A stretch of DNA of 63,694 bases, the filler included, from Thraustochytrium aureum (lineage: Eukaryota), in NCBI GenBank assembly GCA_012862495.1. It is 7 parts of 5 records of this genome, joined end to end, with 100 filler letters (N's around TTAATTAATTAA, not from the genome) between each part and the next. Parts side by side here need not be neighbours in the genome. Positions count along the whole stretch, not along the records: positions 29,108 to 53,632 come from BLSG01000156.1; 6 more parts are not named here. One strand, 5' to 3'. Under the pieces are notes generated by a model. That model ran no database searches. It was given only the letters and a program-made list of their open reading frames with translations, and was not told where the DNA came from. Shown here piece after piece: positions 40,507 through 52,509 of the stretch. The first letter of the stretch is position 1; every line of letters starts with the position of its first letter. Made by a program: the position numbers and the translations under genes.

Positions 40507-42948
40507 GCCGAGCTCGATGGTGGAGGACGAGGTGTCAACGATGGCCAGGACACCACCCCCAAGTGGACGCCAGCCCTGGAAGCGGCTGTTGCAGCGGCTG
40601 GGGATGCGGGGCATGAGAGGGAGGAGGCTATTGATGAGGTAGAAGAGGCTATTCGGCGGGCCGAGGCGCTCATGTCCAGAGACTTGGAGCTTCTCCAGTT
40701 GAACGGGACGCTCGAGGCAAACTGGGCGGGCGACGCTGGGCACTCGACAGAGATCGCCGCCGCAACTACGCGCACAAAGATCAAGCCAACAAACAGGTAC
40801 AAAGACCCGCAGGCCCGCGAGCAGCTCATTCAAAAGCTGCTGCGCGAGAGGGAGGCNNNNNNNNNNNNNNNNNNNNNNNNNNNNNNNNNNNNNNNNNNNN
40901 NNNNNNNNNNNNNNNNNNNNNNNNNNNNNNNNNNNNNNNNNNNNNNNNNNNNNNNNNNNNNNNNNNNNNNNNNNNNNNNNNNNNNNNNCTGCCAAACACG
41001 GCGGAAATCGCGCTCTAGCTGACAGCGACAAGCTTGAGAAAACGGGCGCCGGGGCGGCACCGCTGCTCACGCGCCAGTCGGCGGAAAGAATCGGGTCTGA
41101 TTCCCGCATGGGCGCTGGACGGCTCGGGCAGCAAGGAGCGCTTTTTCGGCGCAAGAGCCTCGACCAAGTCAAGCGTCAAGTTGAATTAGAGCGTGCACGG
41201 GACTGCACGTTCAAGCCCAAGCTGACCTCCCACCCGGCACTGGGCCGCGAAGATTCCGAAGACCGAATCGAGCGCCTGGCAAAGCCACGCGTCGAGTACT
41301 GGCAAAAGCAAGAGCGCCGCAAACGCGAGCTGGAGGAGAAACAACTGATCGAGTCGTGCACGTTCCAGCCAAAGCTCTCCGCCGCCGAGGCGCTGGCAGC
41401 AGGCCTCGGGAAGGACGCTTCGGAAGGGCAGGCCAGGTAGGCGCTTCTGCGAGCGCGGGACCTGGGTCCACTGAATGGGCGCAACGCGTGCAAGAGGCCT
41501 ACCGAAGTCACGTGCCCGTGGAGCAGCGCCTGCACGAAGACGCCAACCAGCGGTGGGAGGCTCGCGACCGCGCCAAACGCGAGCTCGAAGAGGCCGCTCT
41601 TCAGGCGCAGCCGTTTCGGCCCAAAGTAAACGTCGTGTCGGAGGAGATCGCCAAGCAAATTGACTACGAGCCCATCGAGCAGCGCGCGGGGCGCGTTCAG
41701 CGCGAAAAGCAAGAGCGGCTTGCGAAGCGCAAACTCGAGCACGAGCTCAACAACAAGGACCTCACGTTCAAGCCTGTGATATCCCAAGCCTCGCAGCGCC
41801 TCGCAAGCGTTGCTGCGCTGAAGCGGGGCTCGGTGCCCGCTAAGGACGTCGTCGCTCGGCTGCTGAGCAAGCCCAACGATCTGCACCAGAAGAGGCGCCA
41901 CCGACAGCAGGCCTGGGCCGAGCAGCAGGAGGACGAATGCCGATTTAGACCCGCGGTGTCCGCCAACTCTGCCAAGCTACTGCAAGGCAACCCGCACTAC
42001 AAGGAGAATGTCGACTTTGTTCAGCGGCAGGAGATTCTCGAGGCGGAGCGCCAGCAGCGCGAGCAGCGGCTGCGCGCAGAAGTGCACGAGATGGACGGCG
42101 TAGCAACCTTCAAGCCCGACGTGCGCACCTTGAGCAACCCGGACCGCGTGCTCGTCCAAAGCCGGCCAGAGCTGCTCGCGGAAACGGACGCCCAGCGCTA
42201 TGAGCGGCTCAGCAACCGCGATGGTCTGCGCAAGGCGCGGTTGCAAGAGTCTATCCGAGAGCACTATTATGCGCAGTACAACTTTCGGCCCTCGATCAAC
42301 CCCGTCTCTGCCGAGATTGTGCGCGAGACGCACCGTTCAGGGGCCGAGCTGTACGAAGACCTGTACCGCAATGAGCGCGGCAAGCACTTCCGCAAGGTGG
42401 CGCAAACGCAGGTGCAGGAGGAGTCCCTTCGCGACTGCACGTTCCAGCCTCGAACGTTGCGGCGGCCCAGTGCGCAGGCCTCCGAGGCGATCCGGGCAAG
42501 CAGGTCTGCTGCTAACGAGACTATTCGCGTCATTGAGAAGCAGCGCCGGTTCAAGGAGCAGCGGCTTCTGCAGCAGCGCCGCGAGAACGAGTACGACCAA
42601 CTCAAGGAGTGCACGTTCACACCGCAAGTCAACGAGATGTCGCCTGCCAAAGCCAGCGGCCCCGTCGTGGTGCGGGGGTTGGGCCGCTTTCTGGAGACCC
42701 GGGAGCTCGCAAAACGGCACGCCCAAGAGCAGCGCGACCGAGCTGCGCGGGTCTTTCTGGAGGACGCCGCAGCGCTGCGGCCGGAGCCGTATACAATTCC
42801 CGAGCCGTTCAACCTCTCAGAGCCGGTCCGGACTGCCCGGCCCAAGTACAACGGGGAGCTCCCCGCCGACTGCACCTTCAAGCCGAAAACGAGGGCCTCC
42901 GCGCAGGAGCGTAGGGTACGCAAGATTTTGGCTTCGGCCAACGCGTAG
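40474..42948 (+). CDS. Coiled-coil protein with ~10 (C)TF(K/Q/R)P repeats; start uncertain; gap and frame break at ~41420-41440
   Basis: Repeats DCTFKPK, SCTFQPK, PFRPK, LTFKPV, CRFRPA, TFKPD, YNFRPS, DCTFQPR, ECTFTPQ, DCTFKPK, plus YTIPEPFNL, spaced by charged helices. Confidence 0.7.
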
Positions 42949-43460
42949 TCCCGATGCCGGCACCGTGTCGGTCGGGGGCCAATGGCAGCAGCCCCGAAAC
43001 GATTTTGTTGCATTGGTTCGACTTTGGCTTCGGGCCATTGTTCTTTCTGGATGTAGGTGCTGCTCCATGTGGCTGGGGTCGTTCTTGACGTGCTGCTCCA
43101 CGTGGTTGGGTGATACTCCTGCAGTGGGCAAAACGACGGGGGGTGCGACCCCAAAGAAAAGCGAAAGAAACGGCGCTGCCAAACCAATGAGTAGGGTAGG
43201 TAGGTCAGGCATTGCTCTACCAACAGGGACGGCTCGCTTTGCCACGGAGGCGGCTCGCTGGAGAGGACCCAGGCCGGGCCCAGGAAGATCAAGATCAATT
43301 AAAGACCATGGTACTTACTCCTCATGTAGACCAACTGTACCAGAGCACCCTCTAGAGATAGAGCCTCTAGCTAGAGAGTAGAGTACAACCGGTAGTAGCA
43401 ACTTCCGCAAGGCAAGCAGCTTGAGCGGAAAATTGAGGAATGAAGTTGTTGACTTGTCGG

Positions 43461-44468
43461 CTAAGCATCGGCAGTGGGATCGGTGACGATCGTGTTGAAG
43501 TCGGCAAAGGGATCTTGCGCAGAGCTGAACGGCACAGGGTCGTTCATGGTGTCCGGGTACGGGTCAAAGTTGGACGTGTCGTTGGGGCCCGAGACCTGGG
43601 GCTCGATGGGCGGCTTGATCTTGCGCGCCAGGAGCTCGTCGAACTTGAGGCCGGCAAACCACTTGTGGTCCATAATGTCTTGCGCCCCACGCTTGAGGCA
43701 GCCGTACCGTTTGGTGAGGTCAGCCTCGAGGAGGCGCTTGATGAGGTTCTTGGCATTCCGGTCAAAGAAGCGCGGGAACTTGACGCTGCCGGCGAGGATT
43801 TGCTGGTAGATCCCCATGGGGTCCTCGTCCACGAACGGCGGCTGGCCCGCAAGCATCTCGTACATGAGGATGCCGAGCGTCCACCAATCGACGCCCTTGC
43901 CGTGGCCCTTGTTGAGAAGCACCTCGGGGGCAATGTACTCGGGCGTCCCGCACAGCGTGTAGGTCTTGAAGAGCACCTTCTTCGCAAACCCAAAGTCAGT
44001 GATCTTGAGATAGCCCTGGTGGTCGAGCAGCAGGTTTTCCGGCTTGAGGTCGCGGTAGATGATGTCTTCCGCGTGCAGGTGGGCAAAGATGGTGGCCACC
44101 GACGCACAGTAAAACTTGGCCGTGTTGTTGTCCAAGCGGCCGAGCCGGCGCAGGTGTGTGAAGAACTCGCCCCCGTTGACATACTCGAGCACCATGTACA
44201 GAAAGCAGTCATCCTGAAACGTCGAAAACAGGTTGACGATGAAGGGATGGCGTGTCATCCCGTCCGTGCCCTTGCTGATCGACTCGAGGATCGACTTTTC
44301 AGCGATCATGTGCTCCACCTGCTGCAGCCTCACGACCTCGGACTTTTTCAGCATCTTGATCGCGCAGGCGCAGTCCGGGTTGGCTTTGTAGTTTGCGAAC
44401 CGCACGCGCCCAAACGACCCCGTGCCGAGGGTCACGCCGACGATAAAGTCATCTAGAGAGAGCGACAT
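43461..44468 (-). CDS. PKAC: cAMP-dependent protein kinase catalytic subunit (PKA-C/PRKX-like)
   Basis: Motifs TLGTGSFGRV, YRDLKPEN, TDFGFAK, TYTLCGTPEYIAPE, KGHGKGVDWW and DTSNFDPY. Confidence 0.96.
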   Translation of the reverse strand: MSLSLDDFIVGVTLGTGSFGRVRFANYKANPDCACAIKMLKKSEVVRLQQVEHMIAEKSILESISKGTDGMTRHPFIVNLFSTFQDDCFLYMVLEYVNGGEFFTHLRRLGRLDNNTAKFYCASVATIFAHLHAEDIIYRDLKPENLLLDHQGYLKITDFGFAKKVLFKTYTLCGTPEYIAPEVLLNKGHGKGVDWWTLGILMYEMLAGQPPFVDEDPMGIYQQILAGSVKFPRFFDRNAKNLIKRLLEADLTKRYGCLKRGAQDIMDHKWFAGLKFDELLARKIKPPIEPQVSGPNDTSNFDPYPDTMNDPVPFSSAQDPFADFNTIVTDPTADA

Positions 44469-47008
44469 CTCGCCTCGGCCGGCCACGTTCTGCCTCGCTT
44501 GCGCCAACGCCAGACAGACACCCGCCGCCTCTCGCAGCCAAGCAACCGGTGCGTTTGCTCCTTTCTGCGCGCCGCTCCGCCTGCCTCTCCGCCTGCCTCA
44601 CTGCGCGCGCGCCAACAGCTGACGAGTGGGTGGTCTGCTGCTTGATGCTCGATGCTCGATGAAGGCTTGCCGATGTGGGCTCAACGAGCAAATTGTCAAC
44701 GGGCTGATCAGCCCTATCAAATACATGGGGACCTGCCTGCCTGCCTTNNNNNNNNNNNNNNNNNNNNNNNNNNNNNNNNNNNNNNNNNNNNNNNNNNNNN
44801 NNNNNNNNNNNNNNNNNNNNNNNNNNNNNNNNNNNNNNNNNNNNNNNNNNNNNNNNNNNNNNNNNNNNNNNNNNNNNNNNNNNNNNNNNNNNNNNNNNNN
44901 NNNNNNNNNNNNNNNNNNNNNNNNNNNNNNNNNNNNNNNNNNNNNNNNNNNNNNNNNNNNNNNNNNNNNNNNNNNNNNNNNNNNNNNNNNNNNNNNNNNN
45001 NNNNNNNNNNNNNNNNNNNNNNNNNNNNNNNNNNNNNNNNNNNNNNNNNNNNNNNNNNNNNNNNNNNNNNNNNNNNNNNNNNNNNNNNNNNNNNNNNNNN
45101 NNNNNNNNNNNNNNNNNNNNNNNNNNNNNNNNNNNNNNNNNNNNNNNNNNNNNNNNNNNNNNNNNNNNNNNNNNNNNNNNNNNNNNNNNNNNNNNNNNNN
45201 NNNNNNNNNNNNNNNNNNNNNNNNNNNNNNNNNNNNNNNNNNNNNNNNNNNNNNNNNNNNNNNNNNNNNNNNNNNNNNNNNNNNNNNNNNNNNNNNNNNN
45301 NNNNNNNNNNNNNNNNNNNNNNNNNNNNNNNNNNNNNNNNNNNNNNNNNNNNNNNNNNNNNNNNNNNNNNNCGGCGATTCATCCAGATTGGATTGATTGC
45401 TTCGGTGTTGGCCCCTGCCTGCGGTGGGGCTCTCTCTGCCGACCAGCGACCTGAGATCAGTTGAACGGTGTTGGCGAAGCCGAGCGCGCGTCTGGCACGT
45501 GAGCGTTCATGCGCAAGAGGGACAAATAATGCCCCCGTAACGCATTTCTCTAAGACAGTATGTTCATACGCCTTGCCTTTTGTATAACCTTTCGCAGCAT
45601 ACACCACGAAACTTCTCGTAAAAACAACGAGTATGCAGTATACAAATGCGGTGTTGAAAAGGTGCACGCGACAACGGTAGGGACAACGGCTTTTCTTCGA
45701 GGTTTGTACGCTTGTATGGACGGCAAAAGCCACAGCGCAAGATAGGGAGGGGCGGGCCCGGACAGAGCGTCGAGCTGGGTGGCTTGGTTGCGGAGTCAGC
45801 TGCTTCCTGTGCATTGTTGAGACTGAGAACTGCGCTGCTTGCCTCGTGGACTGATGGATTGCCGATTGCCTCTTGAATCGATCGATCGCCAGGCCGACGA
45901 CAGTAGACTCGGCACCAGCCAAGTCACCGACGGAAGAGAAAGCACAACGAGGGAATCGCGGTTGAATTCATTGTCAGTCTAAGCCCAGGAGCCTGGCTGG
46001 CTGGCTTCCTGCCCTTCTGCTTGCTTGCAAGCTCAGCGGACACAAGTTGCAGCGAAAGCGAGAAAGCGAGCTCGCACGAGCTACACCCCAAATCCTTTCG
46101 AGGCGAGCCTGCTGCGCGGCTNNNNNNNNNNNNNNNNNNNNNNNNNNNNNNNNNNNNNNNNNNNNNNNNNNNNNNNNNNNNNNNNNNNNNNNNNNNNNNN
46201 NNNNNNNNNNNNNNNNNNNNNNNNNNNNNNNNNNNNNNNNNNNNNNNNNNNNNNNNNNNNNNNNNNNNNNNNNNNNNNNNNNNNNNNNNNNNNNNNNNNN
46301 NNNNNNNNNNNNNNNNNNNNNNNNNNNNNNNNNNNNNNNNNNNNNNNNNNNNNNNNNNNNNNNNNNNNNNNNNNNNNNNNNNNNNNNNNNNNNNNNNNNN
46401 NNNNNNNNNNNNNNNNNNNNNNNNNNNNNNNNNNNNNNNNNNNNNNNNNNNNNNNNNNNNNNNNNNNNNNNNNNNNNNNNNNNNNNNNNNNNNNNNNNNN
46501 NNNNNNNNNNNNNNNNNNNNNNNNNNNNNNNNNNNNNNNNNNNNNNNNNNNNNNNNNNNNNNNNNNNNNNNNNNNNNNNNNNNNNNNNNNNNNNNNNNNN
46601 NNNNNNNNNNNNNNNNNNNNNNNNNNNNNNNNNNNNNNNNNNNNNNNNNNNNNNNNNNNNNNNNNNNNNNNNNNNNNNNNNNNNNNNNNNNNNNNNNNNN
46701 CAGGCTGCGCCAGACGCGAAATTCGCTTCGTGCTCTCCACGCCCTCGCGACCGTGGGCCTCTAAGGACTGTCTTGCAGAGCCAAAGCCCCGCACACACTA
46801 CGGGTGCCGGGCGCCCGTGGCGTGCGGCAGAGACACCGGCTCGGGTTGGGCCGTGGTCAAGTGCGCGCACGAGCGAGATCCCGAAGTTTTGTCGCGCCAA
46901 CTTGACTGCAAGCGCGCGCGTCGGCGACATGCTCGCGAGCCGCGGGTGCAGGTCTACGAGCTGGACGGCCGTGAAATCGGCGAGCCTGGAATGGCCGCTC
47001 GGCGCGAC

Positions 47009-48175
47009 ATGGCAGCGGGGTCGGCGGCGGCTGTCGCAGGTGAACCACTCGGCGGACGCGAAAGCGTCAGCGTACGTGCCCGCGGCTGTGGCGCTCGTGG
47101 ACGAGATGGGCCGCCGAGGGGCTTCTCTCGAACGGTAAGTTTGTGCTCGAGCAGCGGGTGGCGAGCGCAACAATGCGGCTGACGCCGAGCAGAGCGCGTT
47201 GCCAGCGCGATGAAGCTAGTGGATAGGGCGACGTTCTTGTCGAGCAGGCAAGGCGCCCCGCCAGACTCGCGCGCGTATGCACTCGACCGCGTCCCTGTGC
47301 ACGAGGAGGACTTGTTTGACCGCGAGTTCCCCCTCGACAACCCCGTGGACCACGTTATCCAGCTTGAGGCCCTAGAGCCCTGGCTCAGACCTGGGGCGCA
47401 CGTTCTCGACTGTGGCTCTGGCTCTGGCTACCTTTCTGCCGTGATGGCCATACTCGTCGCGGGGCGCCGTGAAACAGGCGGCGCCGTGGTCGGCGCAGAC
47501 CGGTTTGCGTCGTTCGCGTCGACTTGCGTGCCGCGCATCGCGCAGACACTCAACAGGCTCGCTGCCATTCCTGACGCGCCGAGCACCGTCGGCGTCGACC
47601 CTTCTGTCCTCGAGCGCATGATGATTATACCTGTCGATGCAACAAGCGACGCCTTTCTGCCCAAAGCCCCCTTTGACGCGATTCGAGTCGGGTTCGCGTT
47701 GCCTAGCTCGGACTGCAAAGAGGCCGGATATTTGTTTCGGCAGCTGAAGCGCGGCGGCCGGATGGTCGCTCACCTCGCGGGCTCGCCGTTCCTTCACACC
47801 TTTGACAAAGCAGAGGACGGGACGATGTCCGAGCGAAGCGTCTCGCGGCGCTCCTTTGCCGCCCCGCCCTTGGGCAAGGCGCGCGTGCACGTAGAAGCAG
47901 ACAACGTCGATCCTGTCGGCATGCCTGGAGCCGCCCCTCCTGGCGCCAACGCGGTTGACCCGGAAGAGGCAGAGCGCCAGCGCAAGGCCCTGGCGAAGCA
48001 AGAGCTGGAGCGAACAGAGCTCCGAAACCGCCTCTTCAACGAGCTCCAAGCGTGGCGCTCATCGTTCGAGCGCGACAACGGCCGCCGCCCGACCCGCGAG
48101 GACATGGCAGCAGACCCGGTGGCGGCCAAGCTCTTCGCGGACTTTAGCCGCGTGAACCGCCCCGACCCTCTCTAG
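47009..48175 (+). CDS. Protein-L-isoaspartate O-methyltransferase-like protein with C-terminal helical extension (intron 47135-47192; start uncertain)
   Basis: Motifs LRPGAHVLDCGSGSGYLSAVMA, PFDAIRVG and QLKRGGRMV. A GTAAGT...GCTGAC...CAG intron yields GLLSN-ERVASAMKLVDRATF, matching the PIMT N-terminus. Confidence 0.78.
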
Positions 48176-48652
48176 CGCCCCTCGCGCAGCGCTGGAGCGC
48201 TCGTCTCTGGAGCTAGGTCCAAGAGCAGGCACAGATGGATAGGATAGCGCGGCGGTGCAGCCGAGATCGAATCGAGCAGGCCGGCTTGCGCGCCGAAACC
48301 GTCACGAGAAAACCAAACCAAAACAAGCCAAAACAAGCCCAAGACGGTCCTCAGTCAAGCCCATCATCCGCTCAATCAACACCGCTGCGTTGTCGTGGCC
48401 AATGGGCAGCGCCGTCCGCCTTGTCCACATCCTCGAACGACGCCTTTCGTTTTCGCAGGAACGGATCTATTCCTCCATGTGGCCGCCACTCTCGCAGTCG
48501 CTCGTTCTCCAGCCCGCCAGGCAGCTGCGCGCCAGGCCGCTCGCGCGACGGCAGCCGCTGCATCGAGCAGCAGATCGCACTGGTGTGCAGCGTGCCCGTG
48601 CGGCGTGCAGCATTTGCGTGAAAAAGGGCGGCAATTGGCGCGGGATCGTGCG

Positions 48653-51600
48653 ATGGACGCGAATGCCGCCTCGCCCAGCGACGATGCTCTCCACGGCCGG
48701 GCGGACGCGGCGCTCGAGGACGCGGTTGAGGCGCTCGGCGCAAGCGGGGACGAGGACATGGTGGCTTTGCTGGGCTCTGCGAGCGCGGCGGCGCCTGTTC
48801 GGACAGAGTACATGACGACCACGCCAGCTACGATGACGATGACGCTCGCTGACGAGGAGAAGGGGGCGCTGTGCAGGGAGGCGAAAGGGGGCGCAGCCTC
48901 GTGGCTTTGTAGAGTACAGTGCGGAGGATGCTATTTTCGAGCACCTGGATCAGCTGGAGTCCGTCCGGCGCGTTGAGCTTGGCGCTTTTTTCGACGAGGT
49001 TGCCAACCAACCAGGCTACTTTCGGTCGTTCCCGGCGTTCAGGCAGCACCTGCGGTCGCTGGGCGTGTGTCTTGAAGACCACGAGGCACAGGTCGTCCGA
49101 TCCTTTATCGCGCCCGACGGCCACGTCGACTGCGCCAAGTTTGCGTCGCTCGTTGAAGGCCACGACGCCGCTCGCGCGGAACGACCCTCCCTGAGCCGGC
49201 TAGGCGGCAGGAGTGCGAGGAAGGGCTACTCGCAACACAGCTTGGGCGACACGCTGCCTGAGGGTTACGACTCTAGACAAACCTACGACGAAACCAGCAT
49301 GGTCAACGTGTTTTGGCTTGGTAGGAAATCGCCAAGGCGGTCAACCCAGTCACTGCCGCTTCTGCTTGCGGGGGATGCTCCGGAACAGCGGCTCGGCGGG
49401 GCGCCCAAAACGCCGCGTGTTCTCACACGGCCAGGGAAGCGACCGAGCCGTGCAATTGACCAGTCAGAGCAAACCTTGCAACGCTCTGCACGGCGGCACA
49501 GTGCAGGCGGGAAAAAGGGCGCAAGCGGGGGGCAGAGCAGCGCAGCTGCATGCCGCCAAAGCTCAAGCGTGGGCAACGTTTTTCAGGAGCCGTCAAAGGG
49601 GGTTCCAGTGCTCCCCGAGCGCATCGACGCCCTCGATGCTCTCGAAGAACAGGGGGGCAAGCTCAGCTGCAGCAGCAGCAGCAGAAGCCCGGGTAGCAAA
49701 GGCCCCATGATCTCCAGCGCCTCGTGCAGTAGCATCGAGGCTGAGCGTCGGTCCGCGCTTGCGCCGCGCGTTTATGAAAAGCTGGAGAAGCCGCTTGGTC
49801 GCAAGGAAGCGCGCGAAAAATGCCTTGGTCCAAAGGAGATTCGCCGGCTTGAACGACGACTGACGGAAGCGGACATGCACAGCGAGACGCCAGACTACCT
49901 GAGACAGGCGCGAGAGGCTAGCTTTAGGCCTCCTCAGCTTTTTGCGAGCCCTGGGTCGACGCGAAAGTGCTCCGTCCCGACCTTGAGCAGGTCCCGCTTA
50001 AAGAAGAGCCGCTCCGTGAATGCGCTGCAGCCGCGTCGTTCTGACGGCAAGCTGGCGCCCTCGACTCTCAAAGGTGTCGCAAAGGCTCGACGAGGGGGCC
50101 CTCAGGGTTGCTCGAGCCTAGAGGGTGACGTCGATGAAGCGCGTCGGGCAGCTGAAGGCTGCGAGATGCACATCAAGGAGTCACGAGATACGATGCAACA
50201 AGTAGAGTTTGTCACAGCTGTTTACCGCGAGTGCGCTGCGCGGATCGAGGAGATTAGCCGCGCCGAGCTCAAAGACTACAGCTTCTCTTCAGGTGGCGCG
50301 CGCCGCGAATCACGAAAACTAAAGTCTGATCTGCGCAGGGCTTCGACGAAGGCGGTCTATGACGCTCCAGTATTTGGCGTCCGTGCGCCACCAAAGAAAC
50401 TGCCTCTTGGAAAGGCAAGCAACGTCGTTCTGCCAGCTCGAGCCGCCGTGGGCGAGGAGTGCACGTCTGCCGCAAGCATGGCTGGAAAGATTGTGCTTGG
50501 ACTGGTGGAGGATCGATCGAGCGTTACCGAGGCGCAATGCGGCCAAGACTCTGTATCGTCTCTGTCAAGCGCGGGCCCACCGACACGATGCAGCTCGCCG
50601 GCTCGCAACCCGTCCGAAGCAGCGGGATGCCAACGTGACAGGGCACAACCAGAGGAGGGCCAAGATGCCACTTCGTTGGGCGAAAACGAAGCGGAGGGTG
50701 GTGTACAGACTTGCCGTAGTCAGCAAAATTCATCATCAGGAAGTAAGTGCGATGTGGGGCGTGCGAACGGCATGGAACAGGTCTCCAGGAACTGCGACAG
50801 CTTGCGCAGGGCGAGCGACGACGAACACGAAAAGGAATTGGCGAGCAGCCGGAGTTCTGTTCCGCCCGACTCTTCTCGTCGGTCTGCTCGAGCGCCCAGC
50901 ACTTCGTCCACTTCGTCATCAAGCGCAAGGAGCGGGCCGAAAGAGGAGGGAACCCATTCAGATGTGCTGAGCTCGTCTGGCGAATGCACCGTTGGAGCGG
51001 CAACCTGCGCTTTTGACTGCCTTCCAGCAGGTGCAGTGAGGTTAGAGTCGATTCTGCGCGTCANNNNNNNNNNNNNNNNNNNNNNNNNNNNNNNNNNNNN
51101 NNNNNNNNNNNNNNNNNNNNNNNNNNNNNNNNNNNNNNNNNNNNNNNNNNNNNNNNNNNNNNNNNNNNNNNNNNNNNNNNNNNNNNNNNNNNNNNNNNNN
51201 NNNNNNNNNNNNNNNNNNNNNNNNNNNNNNNNNNNNNNNNNNNNNNNNNNNNNNNNNNNNNNNNNNNNNNNNNNNNNNNNNNNNNNNNNNNNNNNNNNNN
51301 NNNNNNNNNNNNNNNNNNNNNNNNNNNNNNNNNNNNNNNNNNNNNNNNNNNNNNNNNNNNNNNNNNNNNNNNNNNNNNNNNNNNNNNNNNNNNNNNNNNN
51401 NNNNNNNNNNNNNNNNNNNNNNNNNNNNNNNNNNNNNNNNNNNNNNNNNNNNNNNNNNNNNNNNNNNNNNNNNNNNNNNNNNNNNNNNNNNNNNNNNNNN
51501 NNNNNNNNNNNNNNNNNNNNNNNNNNNNNNNNNNNNNNNNNNNNNNNNNNNNNNNNNNNNNNNNNNNNNNNNNNNNNNNNNNNNNNNNNNNNNNNNNNNN

Positions 51601-52155
51601 NNNNNNNNNNNNTGTGGCGGAAGCTCGGGGCGGTTAGCTCAGGCACCATCTGCGCCATCCAGCGCAAGAAGCGCGCCGAACGGGCGACGAGTTTAATTCT
51701 AGTGCGGAATCGGAGGCGAGCAGCTCGGATTCGAGAAAGGACGAGCCAGCGCTCAACGAGCGTACTGACGGGGTCGAGTCAGAAGATCTGGACGCCAATG
51801 CCGAAGGCAAACGCGGCGAACCGTGAAGAAAAAACCGCGAGCACACCGTCCTGGCGGGGAGGGTCCTGGCGGGGAGGGTCCTGGCGAGGAGGGTCCCTCC
51901 CGAGGAAGGTCCTCACGGGGAGGGTCCTCACGGGGGGGAGGGTCTTGCAGACTATCTGTGGATGCCACACAAAGGAAAAGGCAGCATGGGGTATTGCGGC
52001 CCGTTGCTTGCTTGCCGTCCATGGTGAGGACCTTTCCTTGCATGCCTTTCGTTGGCCGCACGACGGCTTCTGTGGTGCTTGCAAGCTCGCGCAGGCGCCA
52101 AGTCAGCGCGCCGCGAGAGTCAGAAAAGCTTGTCCACAAAGGAAGGCATAGGTAG
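48653..52155 (+). CDS. Large low-complexity Ser/Arg-rich hypothetical protein (boundaries uncertain; gap and frame breaks)
   Basis: Long ORF 49065-51063 plus flanking frames; possible degenerate EF-hand-like segment (LRSLGVCLEDHE...APDGHVDCAKF). Confidence 0.45.
51848..51945. repeat. ~15-bp G-rich tandem repeat (GTCCTGGCGGGGAGG-like)
   Basis: ~6 diverged copies seen directly. Confidence 0.8.
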
Positions 52156-52509
52156 AGAGAGACGAAAAGGAAAAGAAGAGGTTGTACATCTTTTGACCGC
52201 AAGCTGGAGCGCGCACAGGTTCGCAGGAAGTGACATCGCAAGCCAGCTTGCAAATCTAGTGACCCACTCAGGGCCTTCACAGCTCACAGGTCAGGCGTCG
52301 CCCTCGGTCAAAAGCACCGGGAGTGAGCCGCGCGCGGCGCAGGGCGCGAGAACCGCCTCACGCCCGCACAAACCAACAAAACACGCGCCACCAAGCCACG
52401 GCCCACAACTCGCGGGCCGGCCCAGGAACGAAACAGCGCAGCACAGCAAATGCAGCCGCGCTCAAGCGGCAAGCAGCTGACTGGGAGTCGGTGAACGGAG
52501 GAGGCCCGC

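Noticed and set aside
43461..44468. PKA as a linked downstream effector of the nuclease-GPCRs
   Set aside because: Different assembly piece, and a ubiquitous housekeeping kinase
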